From Seison nebaliae (Eukaryota): 64,000 nt of DNA. A model generated the notes under the pieces. That model did no database searches. It was not told where the DNA came from and worked only from the letters and a program-made list of their open reading frames with translations. The stretch lies in NCBI GenBank assembly GCA_023231475.1, contig JALJEE010003034.1, positions 1 to 64,000 of the forward strand, given 5' to 3'. The position numbers and the translations under genes are program-made. Shown here piece by piece: positions 26,294 to 40,570 of this stretch; positions within the stretch are counted from its first letter, which is position 1, and each line of letters starts with the position of its first letter.

Positions 26294-29200
26294 TAACAAA
26301 GAAGAAAAGGATCTGAAGACTAAAAGAATTTGAGTAAATAATACAAATAATCCTCGTGAAATAAGGAGGAGGATGTTGAAATGAAAGACCGAATGATTCA
26401 TCGAGATCTTCCAAAGTGAATTGAGCAAACTTCATAAGAAATGTAAAATCGATTTACGATAAATTAATTAGAATTTCTTCGAAATATTTTACGATAATTA
26501 TACTCACGTCACAGAGTAGATGATTGGTTTACTTTAAATTAAGTTGTCACCTCACATCTCACTTTTTGAAAAATGTAGAAGAATCTTAGCAAGTTCAATA
26601 AGAAATGTTATTAAATGATAATGATGATGTTCTAATTATGTTGACTAATAGCAATTAAACACCGATGAAAACATTGCCGACATTGATATCATTCGTTAAC
26701 GATAATGATGGCGATATTCATGAAGTAGGAACGACAATGCTATATTAATTACTTTTCTTCTTTTTGAAATTTACATTCTACTCCACTTGGAGAAGAAGCA
26801 AGAAGGAAAATGTTTTAAGGAAATTGCAAAAAGTTTATTTCGTGAAACCATAAAAGATCGTTGATTATCTTTCTATTTACAACAAAATTCTTTTTAACCA
26901 TTTAACGGTTTTCGCTTCCTAAGTCATTTTATCAATTTATCGATCGATCGAACGAAAAAAACATTTAGAGAAAATGATTATAAAGTTATAATATCATATC
27001 ATGTCTAAATTACCAACAACTTTGTCAATAAGAAGGAAAGACAAAATTATTTTCTCATTAATCCTTATCATTTTATCCATAATTGTTTTTCTAATCATAC
27101 CATTGAATGACAATTTATCGATGAAAATTAATGAATAAAAGAAGTAAAATTTATATGAATAAAAATTTCGTCAAATCGATCATTCTCCATTCTTGCCATA
27201 GTTATGATAAGAAAGTAGTTTATATTCTCATCATTTATTCGTCTTATAAATTTTATTATCATTAATAATTCAAAATAGCATTTATTTCATTCTATCGATG
27301 TTATTCTCCGATGAAGAATTTTTTATTTATTTACATTTAACGAAATGAATATCGAAAGATTTTATCGAATATTAATTCGTAATTTAGTTGAAGAGAATCT
27401 ATTACATTTCATGGTTAGGTATCGAGTCAATTTAAATGAAGAAGTATCTTTTTGATATTTTCCAGAGATGATTCGTATCGTTTGAAAGTAAATTAAAAGG
27501 ATTCGTTTCATGAAATACGAATCTCAATTCTAGTAGGGAACATAATTAAACGTGAGAAAAGAAGAAATTTTCCACCAATCGGTAGTTGAAAGTAATTGTC
27601 AAATGATTGAACGTTTTTATGATTTCTCAACTTCACCATCATGTTGGTAAATGAACAAAAATGTAATAAATTTATTTATATTAATAAAACGATTTAATTG
27701 TATCAATTACTTAACGTTCTTTCTATAAATTTTGTTTGACAAACGAGAATTAGCAATGGATAGTTATCATTTATCAACAACAACTAGATATGTACGGGAC
27801 ATCTAACTAACATACTACTTATGTTAAATAATAACCCAAACATCTTTCAAATATGTTAATGTGTCCATAAAGCGCATTGTAGCGAAGTTGATCGAAATAT
27901 ATCGAAATATGGAAAAGAAGTAAAAGTGTTGGTTCTCAATCTGCTGTCACTAACCAAACCATTTATTGAATGTAATTAGATCTGTTTTTCTTTGATTAAT
28001 TCAAATATTTTCTCAATTCTCCTCTGGTGGACGGATAGAGTGGTTAAATGTTTTCTTTAGCTTCTTTCATGAAAAGTTATTGTTTCCGAAAAATAATGTT
28101 TCGTCGTATTTTCTGATTGGCTGCAATGGACAATTTTCAACAAAATCATTCATCAACACGAAACTTGAAAGAAATGACTCTATTGACATTTGAATATTAC
28201 TCTTCGATGTTTATACATCCCTTCGTCGCTTCCTTTCTTCAGAAATAACTACCGTTTTCTACGTATTTGTTCCACCACACCAATAGTCCAATCTTGTCAC
28301 TAACAAATTCAAATTAAGTCAAATAATAAAGCTAAATAGAGGTAGATTGTATAAATCTAAACGTCAGTTTAAAAAGAAAGGTGAATATTCTTTTATAGTT
28401 TGTACCAAATTCGTTCTTATTAATTCGGACTAGAATTTGATGATTATTGAAACTTGGAAGATTATATGATCAAATTTTCAATCGATTTCTGAATCTAGGA
28501 ATTTTCTTCCCAAGAATTTAATCCCCTCTTATAAAAAATGAAACATAGGACTTTTCCCCTTCTTTTTCACTATTTTAAGCAAATGAAAGAGATTAACTAT
28601 ATAACGGAGAATTTTATTTGTTTTTTTTCAAAAAAGTTGATACCTGAAATTAAATGTTCATAATTTAAAGATATCCTCTTGATTTAATAAAATGTAAGAC
28701 AGGAACTAACAATTAAGTAATTGACCTATTGTTCAATCAATAAATATCGGCAATTAATAGAATTCACTTTTACAGTTAAGGCTATAGTTGGTTAGTGATA
28801 TATCTTCCAGAATTTTCAATAAATTTGAATGATTATAAGATTTTTGCAGTTAGTGCGTTTGGCATTTTCAACTTTTTTTTTAAAACTTCATTTTCTATCA
28901 GAAATATTAAAGTTACCATGTTAAATTTAATAGATTTAGAAAGAGCGCGAAATGCTCTACAACATAGTTTTTTCCATAAATTTATTCATAATTTAGAGTT
29001 TTTTAGTTAAACAAATTTAAAAAAATCGATTATTCATAAGACCCTAAGTTTGTACCCAAATACGTGCGATTCGACAACGATCAACAACTTTTTTTTTGAC
29101 ATACGATATTTTAAACATGTGGTTAACCAAAATAAATAATTTTCATCAATTTAATTGTTATCACGACGGAAAGATACTTGTTCCAAGTTTTACTCTCCTA

Positions 29201-29319
29201 AATTAGAAAAAACATTAATTTGTCGGAGAAAAAGTCTATTTATAAAAAAAATTTACAGTTGATGTTAGGTGTTATATTTCAAAATTCGAAAGAAAGGAAA
29301 GGAGTAAAACTGTCGGAAT

Positions 29320-30317
29320 TTTTCGAATGAAGAAGCAAAACTATCAAAAAATTTCAAAAAAATGAATAGAACATTCCTAATTTTTCGAAAAAGGGGGAAG
29401 AATTATCCATAAATCCGAAAAAAAAAGAAATAGAACTGTCCGAATTTTTCGAAAATGGAGTAGATCTGTCCGTTTTTCTTTTACCAGGGAGCAGAATTCA
29501 TAAAGAAGTAGAACTGTCCCCCAATCTCTATTTCCGTTTCCTTATAATTGTCCGAATGGAAAGCGAAAAATCGTTCGTTTCTAAAGAAAAATCATAAGGA
29601 GTACAACTATAAGGAACGACGTACAATTCGAAGATTAGACAATTCGGAGACCGAAAATTCGGAGACTACAAAATCGTTACAGGAAACTCGTTACAACTAA
29701 TAATTCAAAATCTTCGTCTCCCAAAACTAATATTTCCTAAAAATAGCCTCCGAATTGTCGGTCTCCGAATTTTCTAGTCTCCGAATTGTCGGTCTACGAA
29801 TTGCCGTTCTCCGAATTGTCTGTATGGCAACCATAAGTTTAAAACAAAATTGACTAACGAATGGATTTTTAAGGTACTGTGACGGTTACCTGGCAGTCTA
29901 CTCCTTTTGGTTTTTCCTTCAAAAAAGGACAGTTCTACGGTTTTAATTCGGACAGTTCTACTCCTTGTGTTTTATCAAAAAGGACAGTTCTACTCCTTTT
30001 CGAAGAATTTCGGACACTTCTACTCCTTTTTTCTGTAATATAGGACATCTTTTTTGGCAATATAGGACACTTCTACTCCTTTTAACAACGTTACGGACAT
30101 TTCTACTCCTAATTAATTTTTTTTTCGACAGTTCTACTCCTTTTTTGAAAAAGATTTTTTTATAAAACTGAATTTTATAAATTGGATTAGTTATAAATGA
30201 AATTTTTATTCATTAAAGTAGGAAATTAAAAAGAAAAATATTTGATTGAAGTTAAACAACGTAAATAGTAGTAGAATAAAGTAGAAGTGTCCGTAACGTT
30301 GTTAAAAGGAGTAGAAC
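29320..30317. mobile_element. Compound of non-autonomous DNA-transposon (MITE/foldback-like) subterminal repeat arrays
   Basis: Degenerate ~30-nt units with core GGACAGTTCTACTCC (reverse orientation 29320-29525, forward 29890-30140, reverse again 30281-30317); nested TCTCCGAATTGTC palindromic array 29637-29821. Confidence 0.7.
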
Positions 30318-31160
30318 TCGATCACCAAAAATGTTATCTATCGATGTCGATGTGACATAATTTTGCCAATATTTGACTACATCGTACTCACTATTCGAAT
30401 TCTGGAATTCTTGGAATCCAGGTATTGACGTCGAATTTGCACGTGTACACTCTAAAGATCTAACGATAAGTGGAAAGCCGGTGTGCCAACGTAGATCAAT
30501 ATTCTTTACAAGCAACGCTATGGAATCGGTGACAGACATGAGGAAGATATACAGGAATAACTATATCAATTTATTTATATTATTTTATTCATATTCTATT
30601 TTTAGTTTATTAAATAAGTGATTTTGAGAAATAAAATAGAAGAAATTAAACTTACAATTGTTAGTGACATGTTGTAAGAAATCTCTCTACATTACCAAAT
30701 TCGTCTATACTACAGAAGTTTTATTTATCATTTTGCATTCATTGATCATGCTCACAGCCTTAATAATAACGAATAAGAACTTCTCCATGAGAAATGTTTC
30801 GATTCTACCTTCGTTTATTCGTCAACAGTTTCGTATCCCTGTGCAACTGGAAGAGTTTACTTACGAAAGTTATTCTATTTGCACTTCGTTTTTTATAATT
30901 AATATTGTTGTTTTATCGTAAGCTCTCCTTTTGTATATGCGCGTGGATTAGAATAATATAATAAATAGAATAGAAAGATGATATAGTCTCATGAAGATTG
31001 TGTAGAAATGCAGACTATAAGAATTTTCTTTACTCTTTATTACGTAAGTTAATTTGCGTTTATTAATAAGCGTCAATCTTCTTTGTATTTGTATTTTGCT
31101 TGTCGTAATTGGTTCTCATAAATTGTTTCAAGTTAACAGAACAATTCTAAATGGGACAAA

Positions 31161-32051
31161 ATGGTCAAACTATTACCAATGGAATACAACGTAACTGTAG
31201 AAAAATTTTTGTTAAAGTTCCAAAATTATAATGATATCTACAATGATGAACCTTTCTCTTCCGAGAATTTGATTAAGCAAATGGAGGAAGAGATTGAGAA
31301 GAACAGTCAAGTACAATCTAATGCTTGTCTACAAATTATTCAAAAATTTACAATTCCTATGGTTCTAGTTTTAAATGATGAATGGCCGAGAAATAATCAT
31401 TTCATTTTTCTTGGTCGATTCCTCTCAATTCATCGTTCAAAATATGATTCATCAGATGAACAACCTAAAACGCTGCCTCACAATTTTTCCATATCATTCG
31501 CATTACTAAATGATGATGAAGAAGTGATAGGGACTTGTATCGTTACTCGATTAAACTATCGGAATAAAGAGGATTTTCTTAAACTTAATGGTATTATGCT
31601 CGATCGGAGAAAAGCCAATTCGATTTCGAAGACCGGTAGCAAACCAATAGGATATCGCTGGAATTATCTAGAAGAAGATCGTAATGGATATCATGAATCG
31701 ATCGATAATGGCATAGAAATGTTTCTTTTGGAATCATTCATCATCAAACGAAGTGAAAGAGGTAAAGGATATGGAAAACAAATGTTAAATCGATTGGAAA
31801 CATTTTTAAAAAGTTACTTGAAAATGATGAAATGTAAATACATTTGCATCTATTTGACAACGTTAGATCAAATGAAATTTTATGAGAACTCCAATTACCA
31901 ATTGAGTAAAACGAAGTTTATTGTTGTAAAAAGTTCAACATCATTGAAGTTGCGTAACAATCCTTATCTCAACTCACTTCAGAATCAAGAAATGACATTT
32001 CAACCGAATACAGGCAATGATTTAGCATTTTTCAAATTATTGAAATTTTGA
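31161..32051 (+). CDS. NAA80: GNAT N-acetyltransferase, NAA80/NAT6-like
   Basis: LNDEWPR, LESFIIKRSERGKGYGK (acetyl-CoA motif), IYLTTLDQMKFYE; intronless. Confidence 0.7.
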   Translation: MVKLLPMEYNVTVEKFLLKFQNYNDIYNDEPFSSENLIKQMEEEIEKNSQVQSNACLQIIQKFTIPMVLVLNDEWPRNNHFIFLGRFLSIHRSKYDSSDEQPKTLPHNFSISFALLNDDEEVIGTCIVTRLNYRNKEDFLKLNGIMLDRRKANSISKTGSKPIGYRWNYLEEDRNGYHESIDNGIEMFLLESFIIKRSERGKGYGKQMLNRLETFLKSYLKMMKCKYICIYLTTLDQMKFYENSNYQLSKTKFIVVKSSTSLKLRNNPYLNSLQNQEMTFQPNTGNDLAFFKLLKF

Positions 32052-32579
32052 AATTCATATTTTTGAAAATTGTATTTTTCAATTTATTTCTAATGAGAAT
32101 TTCTACTGATAATTTTATTATATTTCATAGAATTTCACCTCTAACTTCTTATATTTAATTTCAATTTATGAGAATGATTTTTACACCATTATTCTGATAT
32201 ACATCCTTAAATGGTTTTCTAAAATAAATTTATGACTAATCTTCTTTGAGCTGGTCGATTTACATTTGAATGAAAGAAATATCACAGGTAAAGAACATAC
32301 GAAAAGTGGCTGTTCACAAATCGGCAAACAGTGTATTGTTGTGATGTAAACTTAAAGTTTCATCAAGTTTTATGATCGATCAACACCTCTGACTGTCTAT
32401 ATAATTTTAAATGAAATAAATTTGTCCTTTATGACGTAGATAATGAAATTATAAAAGTTAAAACTCTTCGACTACTTAATAAATTGGATAAAATAAAAAT
32501 TTTAAAGATTTCAATAATAACAAATTGGTGACTAATAAATTATTCGAATAAATTCGATAATAATAATCTTTCAGTAAAA

Positions 32580-35500
32580 ATGCCAGCTGCTGCGGTTCGA
32601 TTTTGGATTTATTTCAGAAATTTTTGAAGAATTAATTTTCAGGGCGAATATGTATGGTTGGAACCGAAGACGAAGGGAGAATTTGACGTTCCAATCGGTG
32701 CAAAAATACTTAGCGTGAAAGGAGGACAGATACGTCTGAAAGATGATAACGGGAAAGAACTTACTCTACCTGGAAACACCAAACTGAGACCGATGCATGT
32801 CACATCGGTTGATGGACTGGATGATATGATAAATTTAGGAGATCTACATGAAGAAGGAATTCTCCATAATTTACATATGAGATATGAAAATAATAAGATT
32901 TATGTTAGTAGTCTTCAATTGAAAGATCTTCTTATCTTTTCGTAATTAATTTCTATATTTCATAACAATTTCAATTTATAGACATATACTGGAAGTATTT
33001 TAGTTGCAGTGAATCCTTATAAAGACTTACCGATTTACTCGACTGATTTGATGAGGTCTTATCAGAATCGTGCATTTTCTGATATGCCACCACATGTATT
33101 TGCTATTGGAGATAATGCATATCAAGCAATGATGAGAAACCAAGTTAATCAATGTATAATTATTAGTGGGGAATCAGGTGCAGGTAAAACAGAAAGTACC
33201 AAATTTATTTTGAAGTTCTTAGCAACAGTGAGTGGAAGACATTCGTCAATTGAGAAACAAATTCTTGATGCCAATCCTATTATGGAAGCTTTCGGTAATG
33301 CGAAAACAATTCGAAATGACAATTCATCAAGATTCGGGAAATATATCGATATCCATTTCAATTTCAGTGGTGCAATCGAAGGTGCTAAAATAGATCAATA
33401 TCTTTTAGAAAAATCGAGAATCGTTCAACAAACGAAAGACGAAAGAAATTATCACATTTTCTATTGTATGTTGGCTGGCATGAGTGATTCGGAGAAGAAG
33501 AAATTGGGATTGACTAATCCTAAGAGTTACAAATATTTATCTGGTGGCAGTTTCGATTGTCATGGACGAAATGATAAGATTGATTATGAGGAGATTTTGG
33601 ATGCGTGCAAAACGTTGATGTTTTCTAAAACTGAAATTTTCGAGTTGATGAAAATTCTCGCTGGTTTACTTCATTTGGGAAATATTATTTATTCGAAGAA
33701 AATGGATGATAATTTGGAAGGCGCGACCATAACTGACAAATTATCATTAAATTCAGTGGCGACTATCTTCGATGTAAAGGTTGACGATTTATCTCAATCG
33801 TTGACACACAAAACAATTTTCACTGGAACTGATTCAGTCACTTCTCCACTACGTGTCGATCAAGCAATGGATGTACGAGATGCATTTGTCAAAGGAATAT
33901 ATGGAAAGATGTTTATTTGGATTATTGACAAGATTAATGAAGCGATTTATCGACCAACAAATCCTGATGATACGCGAGGTATCGGTGTTCTCGATATTTT
34001 TGGATTTGAGAATTTTGGAAAGAATTCATTCGAACAGATGTGCATCAATTATGCCAATGAGAATCTTCAACAATTTTTTGTTCGACATATTTTCAAATTA
34101 GAACAAACGATGTACGACAATGAAGGAATTTCTTGGAAAAACATCAAATTTACAGATAATCAACATATTTTAGATTTGATCGCGGAAAAACCATTAAATA
34201 TCATTGCTCTAGTTGATGAAGAAACCAAATTTCCTAAAGGAACCGATCTCACCATGTTAGAGAAATTACATTCAAATCACCAAAGAAATCCAGATTATTT
34301 GTTACCCAAATCTTCGGGAGACAAATCGTTCGGTATAAGACATTTCGCAGGAGATGTCTTCTATCATTCTGATGGTTAATTCATTTACTTTAGATTTTTC
34401 TATTTTAATTGAATTTAATTAATTTAAATAGGATTTCTTGATAAGAATCGAGATACATTCTCTCAAGATCTCCTATGGTTGTTACAATCGACCAAATCAT
34501 CATTTTTGAGAAAATTGTTTAGCAATGATTTAGACACAGTTAGACAAGATTTATAATAATGAATTAAATAATTATAATTTCTCCTCACTCTCCTCCTATA
34601 GTTGATTAACGATCCAACGGTTTCATTTACATTTCCTATGGGTGATTTAATCAATTAATTTTATGGAATTATTTAGGGAACAGAAACGAAAAGAAGAACG
34701 CCAACACTTGGTGCCCAATTCAAAAAATCTTTAGATGTTCTTATGACGAATTTATCAAAATGTCAACCATTTTTTGTTCGATGCGTAAAACCGAATGAAG
34801 TGAAGAAACCGATTGTTAATATTTCGAATTTTAATGGAAAAACAGAATTTTTAAAATAACTTCAAAGATTTTCGACAGAGAATTAGCCGTACGACAATTG
34901 AGATATTCGGGTATGATGGAAACTATTCGTGTACGTCGAGCTGGTTATCCTATCCGTCATACGTTTGCAGAATTTGTTGATCGATATCGGTTAATTTTTG
35001 AGTAACTCAAAAACTGATTATAATAATTGATTCGATCGTAGTATGTGTTGCGATGGAATTAATCCGAGTTTCAAAGAACGTGATTGTAAATCTGCATCCA
35101 AAAAGATATGTGTGAAAGTCCTAAAAAATGGAGATTATCAATTGGGAAAGACGAAAGTCTTTCTAAAAGTTTTTTTATTTTTCAATCGAAATGTTTTTAA
35201 TAATTCCCATTAGGATTCCCAAGATAGTTTAATGGAGAAAGCGAGAGAAGAAGCTATTGCACAAAAAATTGAAATTCTTCAACTTTTCATTAAAGCGTGG
35301 GCGATGAGAAAGATATTTCTCAAGTTAAATGGCGGTATGGAAATAATTCAAAATCACTGGAGAATGTATAAGATTAAAAGACAATTTGATAATGTGCAAA
35401 ATGGTTTTATGAAAGTCCAATCTATTTTCCATTCTAGAAATACAGCTCGAAGATACTTTACTTTGTTAATGAATCTGATTAAAATTCAAAGTCAATGTCG

Positions 35501-38500
35501 TGGATATTTAGCTCGTAGTAATGCCAGATTATCTTATCGAAGTTTATTAGAGTTACAAGCGGCAATCAAAGGACATTTAGTGCGAAAATATTATGGAAAA
35601 GAATTGAAACATTTAAAAAAATTAGAGGAATTAGAGTATAAGAAAGAAAACGATTTTGAGTTGAACAGATCGTCGATGGAGGAAAGCGAAGCATTAAGCA
35701 AAGCCGAAAAGTCTTTTTATAAAGGTGTCAAAGTTATCGATAAAGATCTGGAAGAATGGCAAATGGAAAATAAGAAAAAAACAGAGAAAGTTCAATTGTT
35801 GTTAGAATTGTTAAGCAGGAAACAAGATGGAGATAAAACGGTCAATAAAGAATTAAGTGAAATTTTTGGATTTTTGCAAAACACTCAAAATGACGACGAA
35901 GACAACGATGAGGAGGAAGAAGAAGAAATTGAAGAAATTGAAGAAATTAAACAATTCACTGCCGATGTTTCTGATCATTTATTTAAGAAGTTTGCCAAAA
36001 CCCATTTTGGAAAAGACGTAACATCGTCATACGAAAGAAGAATGATAAATAACTCACTTCTCAATTTGCAAGCGATGTGTGACAAAATTGGCGCTTTGGC
36101 CACTTGGATTAACATTTTAAGGTTCATGGGTGACATTTCTGATGTGGCAGAAGACACTCAGAAACTTAATGATGATCCGGCACCAATTATTACTCGAATT
36201 TATAGTACAATAGGAAGGAAGTTGAATGAAAAACATTTGATCGAAGCACAAAAATATATGGGGAAAATATCAACAGAGAAACCGAATAGACGTGCCACCA
36301 AACAAATAAATGCAACCGCTCAAGGTGATAATAAGAAAGTTCGTCAAGGAAATCCATTCATTCAAGAACGTGTAATGACGAATTTGGAGAAAGTTCATTT
36401 TATCACTTCGATGGGTATTTTGAGACCGGAATTGAGAGATGAGATCTATTGTCAAATTTGTAAACAATTAACTAAAAATCCTGATAAACGATCATTCGCT
36501 CGGGGTTGGGTGTTATTGACCATGTGTATATGTTGTTTCATTCCAACTGATCGATTTATTCTTTATTTGAGAAAATTCATAATGGACGGTCCTGTTGGAT
36601 ATCGGTCATTCTGTGAAGATCTTCTCAAACGAACATTCAAAAATGGTACAAGAGATCAACCATCGTCATATATTGAATTACATGCCGTTTGTACCAAAGA
36701 ACCAATTATTCTTCCAATTCAATTTGTAAATGGTCATTCAAAAACTTTGTACGCTGATTCTGCAAGTTCCGCTAAAGAAATATGTACTGCTCTGTGTGAT
36801 AAAATAGGATTAGTTGATCGCTTTGGTTTTGCACTTTACATCAGCATGGATGGAAGCAAATATTCCATTGGTAATGGTTGCAATCATGTCATGGATATAA
36901 TCTCGAAAGCGGAACAAGCCACCAAAGAAAAGGGTTCAGGTGAAGCTACAGCGGCGTGGAATATTTTATTTAGAAAAGAGATATTCAAACCATGGCATAG
37001 TGCATCGGACGATCCAATTTCAACGAATTTAATTTATGAACAAGTTTTCATTTGAATTAAAAATTAAAAAATTATTTTAAAAAAGATCGTTCGTGGTGTT
37101 AAATATGGAGAATACTCGTTTGATAGTGACCAAGAATTCGCTAAGATGGCCGCACAACAACTTTACATTGACATTGGAAGTGGTTACTAAAATTCTGATT
37201 ATTAAAATAGAATAAAATTTTAATTTACATTTTCATTTCATAATTTAGAGTTTGATTCGAAGAGATTATTAGAAATCTTACCAGAATTAATACCAAATAA
37301 AGCCAGTAAAACTTCCGTGAGAGACTTGAGTAAGTGGAAAACATTAATCACGGATGAATTCAAAAAAGGAGATTTTGTTTTAAACGATGTTGGCATTGAT
37401 CGAACAAAAGAAGATATTGTTAACTTTGCCAAATTTAAATGGCCATTATTATTCTCCAGATTTGAGGATGCACATCAGTTAAATTTAAATATCTCTTCGA
37501 TCAATTCAACCCTTTAATTCTTCAACAGAATTTCCGGCCCTAAACTATTAAAAAAACAAGTGAAACTTGCAATAAATTGGACGGGAATTTATTTCATTGA
37601 CGATCGAGAACAGGTGCTTAAAGAGATTCCTTACGCAGAAATAACTGGAATCTCATCTTCCGAGTTTGATGCCTTTTCATAATTTAAAAAATTTGATATT
37701 TCTTTTATATAGATCGACAAGGTTCAATTACAATTTCATATTTCATGTATTGTGAATGAAGGAAATTTTTATTATTATTAGAATTAATCGAATCTTTACA
37801 CAAAACTTGAGCATCTTTACCGTTTCTGGTGATCAATATGTCTTCGAAATTTATTATGCAAATGAATTACGAGAATTAATTGTGATGTTTCTCGAAGGAT
37901 TGCGTGAAAGATCCAGATATCTCATAGCAATTAAAGATTCTGATTCTTCAGATGGTTTTCAATTTCCTTCGCAATTCTCCAAATATAAATGTCGTTTTAG
38001 TTGAAGATATTCCTAATCCTCCTAAAGATCTTTTAAATTTCCGTAGGGGAGATCTTATTATAATGCAAATAGATAACGATGGTGAATTGAAATTGAAAAA
38101 AAATTCATGGACCAAAGGAGAACACGAGAGAACTAAAGAAACCGGTTTGAAATATATTTGATGATATTCCTCACTTTTTCCATTTAGGCAATTTTCATAG
38201 TTCCGCTTTCTATCGCGTTCCAACAATGATGAAACCGGCACCTGAAATCTTAAAACAATTTGCAATACAATCCATGTCTCAAACGGACACTAAAAATGGG
38301 AAACGAAATAATGATTATGAAATTAATGAAGAGGATTTACGAGAGCCATATACATTAGAAAATTTCAGTTATGAATATTTCAGGTTAATAGTTTTATTGT
38401 AAATGTGGAATTGATTCAATAAATTTATTGGTTTTGGACCATAGACCACCAGTGAAAACGACATCATTTGGTAGGAGACATGTTGAGAAATTGTCGATGC

Positions 38501-40107
38501 ATCAAAGAGATCCATTAAGGAATTCGTTGTTGAAGAAAATAAACGCGAAACAATCGTTAAATGATAAAGGAATTGATATATTTGAATCAATTCTTCAATA
38601 TTGTGGTGATATATCGACGAAGGCTGAAAGGAAATCGGTTGAATTGACTGACGAAATATTTAGTGTACCATTAGAAAATGAATTGATAAGAGATGAGATG
38701 TATTGTCAAATGATGAAGCAATTGACTAATAACAAAAGTATTACAAGTGAAGAACGAGCTTGGGAGTTGTTATATTTGGCAACAGGAATGATGTTACCAT
38801 CAACTTTAGTAGAGAAGGAGTTGGCGACATTCCTTAAATCGAGACCAAAAGAGAAAATTGCAAATGAATGTTTCCAACGGTTGTTAAATGTAAAACGGTC
38901 TCCCTTTAAATTGTCATTAGAAGAATCATGAAAAACTGTTTTTAGATTAGGTAACAGAAAGTTCCCACCTCATCTTACAGAAGTCGAAGCAATTCAGGAT
39001 GGAAGTTACATAATGTATCACAAAGTCTTCTTCCCTAATGACAAAGATGAAGAGTTTGATGTAACGAGTACGACTCGAGCGAAAGATATTTCATCACAAT
39101 TAGTTGACAAATTGAATCTAGCATCAACTGAAGGATTCTCGTTATTCATCAAGGTGAAAGATAAAGTCATAAGCATCCCAAGAAATGACTATTTTTTTGA
39201 TTTCGTTCGACATCTAACCGATTTCATGAAAGGTAATTCGAACGAAAAGATCGCTTATATGATATTTTTCATGAAGAAACTTTGGATTAATGTGTCACCG
39301 GATGAAGATACGGTTGCCGATAGAAACTTTTACTTTTATCAGGTTCTCCTCATAATAATCTAATAGTTATTAAATATAAAATGAACAAAAGGAACGACCA
39401 AAATATTTGAAAGGACATCATAATGCGACGGAAGAAGATGTCATTAAACTTGGAGTATTATTATATAGAATCAATTCGAAAGAAGAAGAATTTTTTGGTG
39501 ATACAATCGAAGATAAGAAAGATGATTTCATTCCAAAAAATTACCAACGTCAAAAGAAAATTGGGCAATGGATAAAGTTAATCGAACAGAAATATGAATC
39601 TCTTCAAAACATGTCAAAGTCAGAAGCAAAATCAGAATTCGTTCGAGTTCTATCGACAATGTCAACGTTCGGTTGTGCATTTTTTGATGCAAAAGTTATT
39701 TTTTATTAATTTATTTAATTATGGAAATATTGTATCATTGTTAAGATAAGAGGACAATCATATGGATTACCTTCTATTATCCTTCTTGGAATTAATAGTT
39801 CTGGTCTGATGATAATGGATGCGAAAGATAATGTTATTCTTCATTTATAAATTATTCTAAATATTCGTCTTTTTCAGAGTTTATTAGCGGAATATCCGTT
39901 TACCAAAATTCTCAGTTGGAAATCGTCCAGTAGCAAATTTGTTCTGTCAGTAAAAGAATCAAGAGAAGAAAGGAAATTAACTCTTGAAACACGATTGGTA
40001 AATATTTTTAATTGACGTGTCATTAATGTTATTACATTTTCTAGGGTTATCGAATTGATGATTTATTGACTTCCTATGTCAGTAAACTGATGAATACCCA
40101 GAAATAG
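32580..40107 (+). CDS. MYO7: Unconventional myosin VII (motor-IQ-MyTH4-FERM-SH3-MyTH4-FERM), ~22 exons
   Basis: [25 protein letters not shown] repeats, two [16 protein letters not shown] MyTH4 domains, FERM ending [12 protein letters not shown]. Confidence 0.93.
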
Positions 40108-40570
40108 TAAAGTTATCGGACATTTCATTGAAAAGAAAAAAACATTATAAATTTAATTAGAAATAAATTTTTGATTTCATACAGATCATTTATTATATTG
40201 TAAACTTCTCCTAAAGTCTTAGTGTGGGCGTCCACAAATCATTTTTTTAATAACTTATGTCATCTAAACTTAATTCTTTAGATTTTATAGCTACTTAATT
40301 GGTTGCGTTATTATCGAATGTATCTAACGTACAAATAAAATTTGATGAATTATTATTTATAGATCAAAATATTTGCGATTTATATAATTGGTAAGCATAT
40401 TATGACATTCCATTTTGATTATGTCAGAGATGTCATACAAACTATATATATATATATATATATATTATAGATTACGTAAATGATCGGATCCAATGATATA
40501 TTAATACATCGAACTACAATTTCCATATCAAATAATTTATAAAACAACCCAATCAACAACTAAAATACCA

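Noticed and set aside
27900..28350. GC-richer patch as a hidden gene
   Set aside because: Stops in the frames examined and no recognisable motif
29890..30140. Regularly spaced repeats as a CRISPR array
   Set aside because: Units are degenerate, spacers are only ~15 nt and similar to each other, both orientations occur, there are no cas genes, and the context is eukaryotic
40443..40465. (TA)n tract
   Set aside because: Ordinary microsatellite
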